Source: Cycas panzhihuaensis
Taxonomy: Eukaryota; Plantae; Cycadophyta
Length of the DNA stretch: 64,000 bases
Assembly: GCA_023213395.1 (NCBI GenBank)
Contig: CM041465.1
Coordinates: 162,881,741 to 162,945,740 of the forward strand
Direction: 5' to 3'
Below, piece after piece: positions 11,703 to 24,800 of this stretch (within the stretch, counting starts at the first letter, position 1; each line of letters starts with the position of its first letter). The translations under genes were made by a program, and so were the position numbers. Below the pieces are notes generated by a model. That model saw nothing but the letters and a program-made list of their open reading frames with translations. It did not search any database and had not been told where the DNA came from.

Positions 11703-13042
11703 GGAGGAGGAAGAGATAGGGAGAGAAGGGGGTTGCCCTTGAGGAGAAGGCTCATTGGGTATGGAACCTGCCTTTACTTATTTCACTCTCCTTTAAAGCC
11801 TCTTCCTCACTATCTCCTTAGAGAAACTAGGGAAGAGCTAGAAGGAAATAATGAACAAACAAGAAAAGGGGGTTTTACCTCTTATTTACAGCAGAAAAAT
11901 AGGAGAAGGAAAGTGTTGTAGAAAGTATACAAATAACTTTTGAAAAACTTAAAAGAATGAAAGCAAAATAAAGGATGATGAGTACCTACTATGGGTAGAT
12001 CAGGGGCATATCTACTTGGAAAATAAGGGAAGAAGGCCAGCCTTGTGGGGTTCATAGGTGAAACCCTAAAGGAGTAGCAAACTAGAGATAAACCTAGAAT
12101 AAGATAGGAGATTTGTGCTTGACGATATACTTGGAGTATATATTTCCTTTAGTTAGCCATGTTGTAGGCCTACTATTATGGATCTAGAGTTGTAGAGGAT
12201 GGGTATCAGGCTAGGAAGTTGATGTATTAGACCTATATTGTTGCAGGGCATTTCTGTAGAAAGGTCCCAAGAGTGAGTGAGAGAGAGAGTTTTGAGAGTG
12301 GAAGAGGCAGAAATAAGCACATTTTTGGGTTTTTAAACTTAACCCTAGCTCAATTGAGCGATTAGGGATCGGACTGGGCTAGGAATACATCTCTTCTATG
12401 TGGAAATTTCATAATAAATGTGAAATTAACCACAGTGGATTTTAAAAAATAAAATATGGCAGTCACCCTGTGGTAAACTTTGTGGTACCCTAAAGTTTGC
12501 GGTGATACCATGATCTTTATCATGGTGCGGCAGAGAAATAACAAAAGAAAGTTTGGAAGCTCAAGAAAAGGGGGATGCTTTAGGCCTAAGGGGCATGACA
12601 CACTGTCCAGGTGGCAGGAGACAGTCATGGGACCTAAGAAACCTATGATAGACAAAATATCAAAGGCGAGAACCTCCCCAAAAGTTAATAAGTAAGTAAA
12701 AGGATGCCAACCATGTCTAGGTGAGGTGCTAGGGGTCGCAGTATGTTAATGGGCAATGCGATCAGGCTCCGGGAACCAATTAGTACTTGGGGACGACGTA
12801 GAGTTGTGAAGGAGGGTTGTGGAGCACCATGGGATGCATATCCCTAGATTATCATAGGTTGAAGTGGTATAATACAACATGATCAAGCAATAGATGCTAA
12901 TGATCACTCAATGAACTAAACAGTCATGTAATACAAGTGAAATGCTTCAATCCACCTCTAGTAGAACTGATGAAGGTGAGGGATAGAAGTGTACTTGCAC
13001 TTACCTGAGTCAACCCATCTACACCCATTCTTATGGGAAACA
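11690..13042 (-). repeat. Truncated 5' LTR (first ~1.35 kb) of the Tat-like element
   Basis: Colinear with 9750-11074; similarity stops at a purine-rich microhomology junction near 11690-11710. Confidence 0.85.
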
Positions 13043-15479
13043 GAACTAAATAGGTCTATTCGACCAAGTATATATTAGATAAAACCATTGATAAGTACAA
13101 GGTAAAGTTAGTTGCTAAGAGCTATACTCAAATTAAGGGTATAGATTATCATGAAATATTTGTACTAATTGTAAAGTTAGAAATAGTTATATTAATAATG
13201 ATTTTAGATGCACAACAAGGTTAGGTAGTTTACCAAATAGAAGTTAAAAGTTCTTTCTTAAATGGTTATTTGGATGAAGAGATATATGCCCAACAACCAA
13301 AAGATTTTAAAGTGAAGGGTAAAGAAAACAAGGTCTATAAACTTAAGAAGGCCTTGTATAGATTTAAGCAAGTACCTAGAGTATGGTACTCTAAGACTAG
13401 CAAATATTTCAAAGATAAAGGATTCTAAAAGAGTTAATTTAATATAAATTTATATATCAAAATAGAAGGAAGCTCTATACTTATTGTGGGCTTATAGATT
13501 GATGACCTAGTCTACACTAAGAATGATGTTCACTTGTCCTAAAGATTTAAAAAGGATATGTAGAGGAGTCTGAAAGGATAGATTTGGGACTAATACATTA
13601 CTTCTTAGGCATAGATGTTTAGTAAATAAAAATGGAACATTTATCTTCCAAAGGAAATACATATTGGACTTATTGTATAGGTTTAACATGAGTAGTTATA
13701 AGCCACTTATAACTCCAATAGAAGTTTGGATGAAGTTATCTAGGTGTAAAGAATTATAATCAGTTGACCCTACACTTTATAGGCAATTAATTAGAGGTTT
13801 AATTTACTTAACTTCAAATTGACCAAAAATTATATATTGAATTAGTGTGGTTTTCAGATTTGCACATGAGCCTAAGATAAAACATTGGCAAGTAGCAAAG
13901 AGAATTCTTAGGTATCTAAGGGGTACAATTGGATATGGACTATACTACAAGTCATAAGAGGACTGTAGATTAGTTGGATATATAGCCTCAAGCTGGTTAG
14001 GTTATGTAGATAATAGGAAATCTACCTTTAGATATATATTTAATTTAGGTTCAGTTGTAGCTGTGTGAAGTTCAAAGAAATAGGTCATAGTTTCTCTATC
14101 CACTATAGAAACAAAATATAAAGGAGCTATAGTAGGAGCATATGAAATAGTTTGGCTTAGAAGGTTACTCCAAGATTTATAAGAACAATAAGTCAGTCCT
14201 ACTTAGATGCTTTATGATAATCAAAGTATAATTTATATGACTTAGAATCTAGTGTTTCATGGTAGAACAAAGTACATTAAAACACAACATCACTTTACTA
14301 GACAGTTAGTATAGCAAGGTAAACTGGAATTAGTCAACTATATCACAGAAGAATAAGTGACAAATATATTCACTAAGGTACTTGGTAAGATAAATTTTAT
14401 CAAATTCATAGATAAACTTGAAGTCTTCCCAAATAGGTATTACCAGGGAGAAATATTAGAATAATGCCCATTAGGGCTCATATCTTTATATCTGCCTAGG
14501 GTTTGTTATCCATATTAGAGAGATAACTAAGATATTGGCAGAGATACTATTATGGCTCTATGTTAAACCTTAGCCACATACAACTACATCTTATTAGATC
14601 TTGGCGACATCCCTTCTGGCATTTGTCAGTGCTAATTAATGGTGGATGTTAAGTGGTGTACTATATCCCACTCACATCTCACCTATTTATCTATAAGATC
14701 TGAAGACCCTGGTGTTCATCAATACTATTATTCTATTGGATTATTGATTTGATCTCTCATGTATTCTTCATGCTCCCTCTATCCCTTCATTCATCATTAA
14801 TGGATTCCTTATTATTTCTTCTTTGTGGTGGATCATCGATTTAGACTAATAAACTATAACTTGCTTGGATTACTTTCTACCTTCATAAGATTATTTGTTA
14901 TGTTTATGAGACTGCATCTTATTATGTTATATATTTTTTATTGTAACCATAGCCTACTTGCCTTTTTCTTGAGCTACATAAAGAGGTTAGATATGCTCTA
15001 TAGTTGGTCATAACTAATTTTTTCCATCAGTTGTAAGTGCAAGATTATAATGACGTTGAAATTACATCATTGATAATTATCTTTACAACTATAAATGAAG
15101 GATCTCCACACTCTAAAAACTCACCAACAAAAGTTAAATATCAGGTGAAGCCATAGTCTTTCCACAAACTTAAGTTGTAAATTTATCAAATGCAGCACAA
15201 GTCATCTAAATAGCCATAGAACTAGTCAATAGATACACTTGAAATAAAGGTCATTTCATAACATATCATGTCAACAAAGTGTAAATTACTTATAGTAGTC
15301 TCTAACATCTATCTTGTACTTAGATAAAGGTATTTTCTTGAATGAAATATACAAAGGATTTGGGCAACTTTATTGGCTTCTCTTTAGTATTACTCATTAT
15401 AGAATAGACAAAACTATAACATATGACCACTTATTTTGATTATTATAAGTACAAGTATTTATATGAATTTATTAACTTC

Positions 15480-18400
15480 TCTTCACTATTACTTATAAAC
15501 ATCCTTTGGAGGCTATCAATATTTCATTACATTCACTGATAATTATTCCAAAAAAGTTAGGGTTTATTTTTTTAAGTAGAAATTAGAAGCATTTGATAAA
15601 TTCAAAGAATTTAAGTATGACATTAAACTAGAATCTAAAAAGCTAATCAAAATACTTCATTGTGATAATGGAGATAAATATATATCAAATGAATTCACTC
15701 AATTCTATAAGGATAATGGCATCAAATAATAATTTTTTGCCCCTTATACACCTTAATAAAATGGAATTACTTAGAGAATGAATTGGACCTTAGTTAGTAA
15801 AGGTAAAACCATGCTTACTACTAAGAATTTAGGACTTCAATTATGGGTTAAAGCCCTTAATATAACTGTTTATTTTATAAATCAAAGTCTAACTAAGGTA
15901 GTACTAAATATTACTCCCAAGGAGTATAGTCAGGTCAAAAGCCCACACATTTATGTACTTTTAGTTGTATAGCATACATACTCATATTGAAATAACAAAG
16001 AAAAAAGTTGGATGATAAAAGCAGGAAATGTATCTTTGTTAGTTGTCAACCTAGCTATAAACCATATAAATTATATGACCCTACCACTAAGCAAATGTAC
16101 ATATCTCAAGATGTCATTTTTTTAGAAGAGAACTAAGACTTGGATATTACTCAAATTTCATTCTTTGATGATCAATCTATAGAAGAACTTGCTTCTCCTC
16201 CTGCTCCTCAAAATATTCCTATAGAACAATTGCCTACTTTATCATCATACACTCTTAGTACATCATTTTCACCACCTACCTCTACTTCAAATAGTCGTAT
16301 AAAAGATATCTAAGATGAGGCTACTTTAAAGTATCTTCCCAAATGATATTTGTAAGCAATCTCTTCTACTCCTTTGCCATCACAACATACAAAGAGGCAA
16401 TCTAAATGAAGGTTATCTACCAACCTTATCCTAATGGTAGAAGTGTTATCAACTCTTAAACCAACCACTTTTGAAGAAGTTATTGTAGATCAAAAGTAGA
16501 AAGTAGTTATTAATGAAGAAATAAACTCTATTTTATAAAATGATACATGGAAGCTAGTTGAGCTGCCTAAAGGAAAGAAACCTATTGATTGTAGATGGAT
16601 ATACAAGACCAAATTTTATACAGATGGCTCCATTCAATGGTATAAAGAATGTTTGGTTGCCAAAGGTTTCAAACAGGTTAAAGGTGTTAACTATAAGGAT
16701 ACATTTACACTAGTTGCTAGCACGACTATTGTTAGGCTTATTTTATCTTTAGTAACTTAATTTAATTGGCTTGTTTTATAAATAAATGTAAAAAGTGTCT
16801 TCTTAAATAGTAATTTTTAGGATGAAATATATTTAAATTAACCTCTTGGATTTATTTTTTATGGAAAATAACACCTTGTTTGTAAGTTGAAAAAGGCTCT
16901 TTATGGCTTTAAGCAATCACCTCGTGCTTGGTACACAAAAAATGAATACTTTTAAAAGCATAGACTTATACGCTAATCTTTAGATTTAAATTTGTATATC
17001 AAAATCTATAATAATTTGATCACTCTAGTTATAATTTATGTTGATGCTCTATTAATAATTAGTAATGACACAAAGTGGATTACATATCTTCAAGGAGAAC
17101 TAAATAACAACTTTGAGATGATTAACCTTAAATTGCTTTATTACTTTTTTAGCATAGAAGTCTAGCAACAGGCAAGCCATATCTTCCTCTCATAGTCTAA
17201 ATATATAAAAGGAATCCTTCAAAAGTTTAAGATGGAAGAATACCAGCCATCACCAACTCCTATGGAGATAGGATTAAAATTAGACATTAATAAGCATGGT
17301 AAACTTGTGGATCCTACTTTGTATAGAAAACTTATAAGGAAATTAATTTACCTCAAATATATTTGACCTGATATTTTATATGTTATTAGGATTTGGTCAA
17401 GGTTTATGACGTATCCCAAGATATCATATTAGAAAGTGGTAATGAGGATCTTGAGATATCTTTAGGAACTCTCTAGCTTGGACTTGATTACTATCATATA
17501 GATAATCCTTTATTGGTAGGTTATATAGATGTAGATTGGGTTAAATATAAAGACAACTGTAGATTGATCTTAGACTACTATTTTAACTTGGATTCTACCT
17601 CAATTTCTTGGAGTTATAAAAAATAACCTAATGTCACTTTATCCTCAACTGAAGCTAAGTATAAAAGCATTATTAGTGCATCTACTAATGCTATCTAGCT
17701 TAGAAGGATTTTTGAAGAGCTTGGAATCAATCAAAATCAAGCTATTTTACTATTCTATGATAATCAAAGTGTTCTTAAATTGACCAAGAATCATGTATTT
17801 CATGCAAGGACAAAACATATCAAGGTGAACTATCACTTCATCGGGGAATATGTTTAGTATGGTAAATTAGATTTTGTCTATAAGCTAATCAATGATCATA
17901 TTACAAACATCTTTATAAAGGTACTTTCTCGTGACAAATTTGAAAGATTTCAACTTAACCTTGGTATAAAAACTAATGAACTCATCATTAAGGGAGGGTG
18001 ATGGAAGAACTAATATTGATTTAATTAATTCTTATTGATTCATTATAATATATATGTATAATTTATTGTAAAGTTATTCATGTTGAGGGTAATATACTCA
18101 TAAAAAGCTTAAGTGATGACTTAAGTTATAAGACTATGTATGTGGGGTGTATTATACTCATAACATTATGTAACATAGATATGGGTTAATCATGCAAGGT
18201 GCTAATTGTCACCTTACACGATTAACTATTTATTATTCTCAAATGCCTCTCATATCTATTATCTCTTATATATACGAGGCTTTTCATGCAATGTTGTGTG
18301 ATGTTTTTTTATGATTAATGAAAAGATATTACTACATTAGAGTTTAGATCAATTCACTCTCCTTCATTTATTTGTTATTGCATGTTACTTATGTATAAGT

Positions 18401-18512
18401 GGGATTTGAATATGGGTTGATGCTAATATTAATTCTTACTCTTCAAAGTATAGTTTGTGAATCTTCTATATCTCTTATCCTATGAGATATGGGAACTCAT
18501 ATGTTGCCTTCA
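15480..18512 (+). mobile_element. 5'-truncated, highly decayed Ty1/Copia E7 (INT-RT-RH plus 3' LTR starting at 17999)
   Basis: SFGGYQYFITFTDNYSKK, LHCDNG, LDDKSRKCIFV, PTTFEEV, LVAKGFKQ, IYVDALLII, HARTKHI. PPT AAGGGAGGG then TG at 17999. LTR end uncertain. Confidence 0.85.
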
Positions 18513-19927
18513 TCGATGATTCTACACAAGGTAATTATTGCAGCATTCTTTAGCAATTAACCACTCTCAATTAACTCTCAAACTAACTAACTCCATGAAT
18601 AAAGCATGCCACCTAGCTTTCAAAGTACATTAGAACAAAGTAATATGTGTATTGTATCCCATACTTCTTCTTAAACATGGTTATTAGATTTTAAACTAAA
18701 AGCACATATCAATTGGACTCCTTAACAACTAATCATGGTTTTATGAATAGCTTACAACTATTATTTCCAATCAATCAAATATATAAGACCTCTCCTCATC
18801 TTAAATTAGGTGGGTAACTCTCATCATTCAATAACTCTCATCAAACAACTTCTTTTAATTATCAAATGATGGCTAGTTGTGCCCTTCATTCAATCATCTA
18901 AAACAAGTGAATATTCACTTAATTAAATAAGGTATTTTATCAACTTTCTATCATCTTTGTGTCTAATCATGGGCATGCAAGCACAAATTTTATTCAATCT
19001 TCTTCTTGGAGAATCAATAATAGTTCTCATGTGCTTCACATCTTAAATTTGAGCCTTACATATGTAAAAAGAGTCTCAAATATCCATTTCTCTTATATTT
19101 TTCATCCAAACATACATTCAAAGGCATCATCATATAATTATTTACATTAACATGTATCCATAAGCTTTAAAAATTACCAAAAAATTCTAAAATAAGCTTT
19201 AAATTTTTTATAAAATGAACCTTTTATTATACCAAATATTAGTTACTCAACTTTATCCATTAAAATCTCCATGATGCAATCATTAAAACATGCCTTACGA
19301 TAACTCCTTTCATCTATCTTTGAGTTTACTTTTTAATGAATCTAACAAATCAAAAATATGACCTCATACAGAAAAGTTATACATTGAATATGTCATGAAA
19401 AAAATCATAATGAGGTAAAAATTAGAATAGGTACCTTTCATATTTATGTATCTGGTCATGAATTACCTCCATATAAATAATTATTAAATACTTAGGTCTG
19501 AGTGAAGCTTAACATAATATCTAAAATAATTGAATTTATATCCATATCATAAAAAACTAAAACATATACCTAGATCGTTCAAGTAAATGTATATGTCAAT
19601 CAAACCAACATTTATAATGGAGTTTTATTTGGGCAATTTGTAGACTTGCTTCAATAGCACCAAGCACACCAATAATATGGTCTTGATATAGAATCAACTT
19701 CAAATGAATAACATGTTAGTAAATAATAGATTATTTAATTCAATAGAAGTCACCATATTTTTCTATGATTTGGAAAATTTAGAATATTGTTGTTGTCTAG
19801 TTCAGCATTTATTTTGGATCGAAGCGGGCGAGGAGGTGAAGCTCAGTCGAAACCCTAGGATTATTGTGATCGATTGTAGCCTGGAGGCACTGTTTCCACG
19901 TCGCTGGGCCTTGGCGGCTAGGGCATC

Positions 19928-21876
19928 ATGGAGATGGAGATGCAGACAGGGGGGGGGCTCCCCCCAGATGTTATTTTTTTGAGTGGCAGCAGGTCAAAGC
20001 AGGCTCGGGCATCCCTCAAATGCATGAGGATAAAGCAGACCCAGTGTACCCTATTTTGGACGCAGGGAGTTTTAGTGGCAGGGGCGATGACGGTGGCGGC
20101 TGGGCTAGGAAGGATGGCGGCGCTACCAGTATAAAGACTAGCAGATTAGTGATCAGTTTGGTGAACGAGGTTACCCAAGTCTGCAAGGGGCAAAATAGAG
20201 TTAGAGCGTCATTTTTGGGTGATGCCAGTCTAATTTTTAATCTCTCAATGAGGGTGGAAGCCTTAACATTACAAACTAGGTCCAGTTTCTGTCAGCAAGG
20301 GTTTAGCGAAGCTTTTGGAGGGCAGAAATCTAAGGGAGAAGGTAAGTATAAACTGTATTCTGCAGATTCTATGAAGAGTATTAATTTTTTTTTTCTTTTT
20401 ATTCCCAAATGATGCAAGCTACACCAAACCAGTTTCAGTCCTCTTCTCTGGGGAGGACATACCTTGATGTATTAAGAAATGGAAATGAAGCTGAACATGA
20501 AATATACTTGGTTAAGATTGGAAATAAATTTAAACTCTCAATTCCAAAAGAGTTTACCGAAAAAAACATTCAATATTGGGATACCAGCCTGGTAGGGAGG
20601 TTCTCGGGCCCTAAGCCTAGGCTGGATATCATCCGGGAATGGATCAGGAATAAATGGAAAACCAAAAGCCCAGTTCAAGTAATGGCATTGCCGAAGGGTT
20701 GCATCCTATTCAGGTTTGCCAGCCAGGAGGATATGATTCCTATCCTCCTCAAGTCACCCTGGATGTTCGGGAGAAAGGCTATGTCTTTGGAGAAGTGGCA
20801 CCCAGATTTTGACCCTGAGACGCCTGTGATTAAACAAGCCCCAATATGGGTGCAGTTGCCTAGGCTTCCTTTGCATTTTTAGAACCCAGAGATAGTTAAT
20901 GGGGCAGCCAGGATGATAGGGTCTCTACTCGCAACAGACTCGGCAACAAGAAATAGATCCCGTTTGATGAACGCAAGATTCTGTGTTCTTGCTAGATTAG
21001 ATGATGAGCTCCCAAATGAGGTTGAGATTGAGTCTGATGGTAGATCCATCACTCAAAGCCTATTTTATGAAGTGGAGGGATTCAGGTGTGTAAAGTGTAA
21101 AAGCAGAGGGCACCTCCCGTTCCAAAGGCCCGGGTGTCGTGAAGGTTGGAAAAGACAAGACAAGAAAGAGACAAAGACAAGGTAAGCAGTGGGGAGCTCG
21201 GATCCGCCTAGATGGGTTAGGCAAGGATGCGACCAGTCTAGGCGGCGTAGATGTTGAAATTAAGGTGGACCAGGGAATGGAGGAGGAGCAGGTCCAGGCT
21301 ACGACCGGTTCCTCAGGGAAAACAACAACGGATGAGGACTAGGCCGATAAGGCAGCTCAGGAAGATGACAGTGTAAGTCTTGGGGCCTCTAAGGAGGGTT
21401 TGGATAGATTCTTGCCCTTGGCGCAGGGCTTGGAAAGGGGAATGAATGTTCATCTAAAGGCAGAAGGTAGGCTATCTGAGGGTGGGGATTCCTACCCATC
21501 AGTTGCTGAGCTGGCCTTGGCTCGGATCATGAAGAGTATTAACTAGGATCTTGAGGATTCCTTATCAGAGCCGGAGGATGGGGGACCTCGGGAGCCACCC
21601 CGGGAGGAGGGGCAGAATGTTGTAGAGGCGGAAGGTACTCCTGGGCCAGGGGCCAAGGAATCAGAGAAGGGTGGAGGCGGGACTCGAAAATGGGTCTCCA
21701 AATTGCCAGACCCCAAAGGGGCTCCCGACTATGGGATGGAGAAGAAGGTGGGAAGACCACCTAAAAAGGCTTCTAGGGATAAGGATACTCAAGCCCAGAT
21801 TGATATGGGTCTCCAAAGTACGTTAAAGGAAGGGGGGGCGTTAGAGGGACCTACCTTAAGAAGTAGAAGGGGTTGA
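19928..21876 (+). pseudogene. L1 ORF1 (DUF4283-type RRM-like domain plus CCHC knuckle), disrupted
   Basis: SLVGRFSG..W..W..MALPKGCILFRF..PWMFG..LEKW.P.F.P..APIWVQLPRLPLHF; CVKCKSRGH knuckle relic; C-terminal GRPPKK..QSTL; stop at 21874-21876. Confidence 0.88.
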
Positions 21877-21897
21877 GAGGGGGGTTATGGGTTAACC

Positions 21898-24800
21898 ATG
21901 AAAGTTTTATCCTAAAACGTCAGGGGCCTCAATGCCCCTTCTGAGCAGTGTTTGGTTAAGGATGTGAGGTTGAGGACTGAAGCAGATATAGTCTTATTAT
22001 AAGAGACTAAACTAGATCAGGTTAAGGAGAGGGAGGTGTTTAATAAGATATGGAGCAGGGGAGAGGGGAGAGCGGTTGCAAGTTTGGCTGGTTTGGGGGG
22101 GCTGGCTTCCCTATGGAATCCATATAAGTGCAAAGGCTACGCAGTAAATATGCAGGAGCACTTCATAACCCTAGGTTTGGTATGCGTTTGGACCAATAAG
22201 GAATACAGGGTCACTAATGTTTATGCTCCCACATCACTAGGAAACAAGAAGAACCTATGGGATAGATTGGTGGAGGTCCACAAGGACTGGGATGGTCCCT
22301 GGTTAGTGGTGGGGGATTTCAACACGCCATTAAGCCCAGAAGGGAAGATTGGGGGGCAATCTGGCTGGACTAGGGGTATGTCTGATTTTAGTGAATTTTT
22401 ACAAGGGGGGGGGTTAATGGATGTTCCCCTCAGAGGAGCGAGGTTCACATGGTCGAACAGACGTCTAGGTCCAAATCACATCCAGTGTAAATTGGATAGG
22501 ATGCTAATCAACTATGAGTGGACCTGCCACTTTGAAAGAACCAAATTAGAGGCTCTGCCGAAGGCTGGTTCGGATCATGCCTCTAGTTCTTGAGGGTTTT
22601 GTCCTTGATAACTATAGAGGGGCCCCCTTCCATTTTGAACTTATGTGGCAAAATCACCCAGACCTTAGAGAGAGGATTGGCGAGTGGTGGGGTGTTCGGG
22701 TCCACGGATGTGCTATGTTTAGATTTTCGAGGAAGCTAAACTGGGTTAAGAGACAAATTAAGTTATGGAACAAGGAGGTTTTCGGAAACATATTTGAAGA
22801 TAAATCCACATTACTATCTGAGTTAAAAAGGATTGAGGACAGGATTCAGTCAGAGGGTAGGTCCCAAGGACTGGACCAAGCGGAACATCTCACTTCCAGA
22901 AAATTAGAGGAGGTGCTGGCTAGGGAGGAGATCCTCTAGAAACAGAAATCCAAGGAGCAGTGGATCAGGGAAGGGGACAGGAATACCAAGTTTTTCCATA
23001 TGTCCACCATGAAGCACAGGGCACACAACAGATCAAGAATTGCGCAGTATGGACGAGGAGATACATGAGTCGGAGGATCAGTTTGGTGGTATAGCTCTGG
23101 AATATTTCAAGAAGCTATTCACTAAACCAAGTTATTAGGTTCCTATCCTAAGGGCCAAACTTATACAGCTTATTCCGAATATGATCACAGAGGATCTAAA
23201 TAAAAAACTGATAGAACCTTTTTCTCAGAAAGAAGTCGAGCTCGCTTTATTCAGTATGCGTAGGGATAAGGCCCCTGGACCAGATGGGTTTCCCCCGGGT
23301 TTTTTTCAAGAATATTGGGAAATTATAAAGGATGACTTAATGTCAGCATTAAATGAATTTTTTCTTAGAAGGACCATTCTGAAGGAATGGCAGGCCACAT
23401 TCTTAGTTCTGATCCCGAAGAAGGAGGGAGCGGAAGCGATGGAGGATTTCAGACCAATAAGTCTATGCAATGTAAAATATAAGATTTTGGCCAAAAATTT
23501 AGCAAATCGCCTGAGGGAGGCTCTCCTGATTATTATTTCACAAAATCAAGACGGTTTTGTTAAAGGTAGGCAAATTATGGATGGCATTATTACAATTCAT
23601 AAAATTGTGCACTCGACCTTCTAGCGTAAGGAAGCAGGCATGATAATTAAAACTGACATGTCCAAGGCATACGATCGGGTGGCCTGGGACTGTTTACTGG
23701 AATGCCTAAAAGCCTTCAGCTTCGGGGAGGTCTGGAGAGAATGGATGAAGTGTTGTATTTCCAGGGTCTCCTATTCGGTGATTATAAATGGGAAGTCGAC
23801 CCCCTTCATTCTTGGATTTAGGGGTTTAAGGCAAGGGCACCCCCTCTCCCCTTTCATGTTCATCATTATTGCTGAGTTGCTAGGGAGAGCAACTATGGAG
23901 GCATAGAGGCTGGGATGGATAACCGGTCTGAAGGCATCTTCAAACTTGGATAATGTTGTTTATCACCAGTTTGTGGATGATAATATCTTTATGAGCAAAG
24001 CCTGCGTGGAAGAGGCTAAGGCCTTAAAAGAAGGTCTCCAGGTATATGAAAAAGCAACTAACCAAAAAATCAACTTCGAAAAAAGCTCTATCTTCTTTAT
24101 TCACACATTGGATAGGCAACAGAGAAGAATCAGTAGAATTCTGGAAATACCCAGAAGACCCCTCCTGGTTTCATATCTGGGTATGTCCCTCTTTGTGGGG
24201 AAGATGGAAAAAAACTTATGGGACCCTGTGGTGAGCAAATTCAACAAGAAACTGGCTGGATGGAAAGGGGCACTTCTCAACTGGGCCGGTAAAATCCAGC
24301 TAGTGGTGGCCTCTCTCTAGAGCATCCCAGTCTTCCAGATGTCAGTTTTCAAGATGCCAGGTAAGGTCATCTCTATACTAGAGGGGATCATGAAGAGATT
24401 CCTATGGTCCGAAGCGGAAGATAAAAAAATACTTCATCTAGTGTCTTGGGAGAAAATCTGCAAGCCCAGGTGGGTGGGGGGTCTCAATGTTAAAAGGCTG
24501 GGCCTTTTTAACATAGCTCTTTTAGCTAAGATGGGTTGGAGACTCTCCAAAGATACTAGTTCGATATGGGGTAGTATATTATCGAGGAAATATTTAAGGG
24601 ATGACCATTTCCTGTTAGGGGATGCCCCTTGTGCCAAGGGGTCTCCTATCTGGAGAGCTATTTGCTCCTCGCGCTCCATTCTGAGGGAAGGAATGCTACC
24701 GAAGTGGGAACAGTGAAAGCATAAGGTTTTGGGAAGATGAATGGTGCGGTCTGGCTAAATTAGGGGACTTGCCTAATATAGGAGCTTTGAAAAGGGTATG

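Larger units (their letters stand above)
7977..13042 (-). mobile_element. Internally deleted Ty3/Gypsy (Tat-like) element: complete 3.1-kb 3' LTR, about 0.6 kb of 3' internal region, truncated 5' LTR; TSD GAACT
   Basis: TG...CA ends with GAACT at 7972-7976 and 13043-13047. 9750-11074 is repeated at 11690-13042. Minus-strand PPT AAGGGGGCAA at 11075-11084 abuts the LTR start TGTTTCCC. RNase H C-terminal motif at 11571-11702 (-). Confidence 0.88.
7757..14885 (+). mobile_element. Ty1/Copia element E2 (RT-RH plus 3' LTR ~14454-14885), interrupted by the Tat-like element at 7977-13042; probably also the host of E1
   Basis: 7780-7976 reads NFEEA..QAMKEEYN..VKNTIWKL..AIG and continues after the insertion at 13048 with K*VY..DKYKVKLVAK, RT and RH. 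PPT CAGGGAGAAA at 14444-14453. The LTR start resembles that of E1, with a probable end ACCTTCA at 14885. Confidence 0.85.

Noticed and set aside
9750-13042. Apparent 1.3-kb tandem segmental duplication
   Set aside because: Explained as the two LTRs of one deleted element; the PPT and TSD fit this reading.
18520-19790. Possible older minus-strand LINE or DNA-transposon remnant (also 27000-28300)
   Set aside because: Only isolated 4-5 aa motif resemblances (for example PFMFE near 27390) in inconsistent order; cannot be supported by eye.
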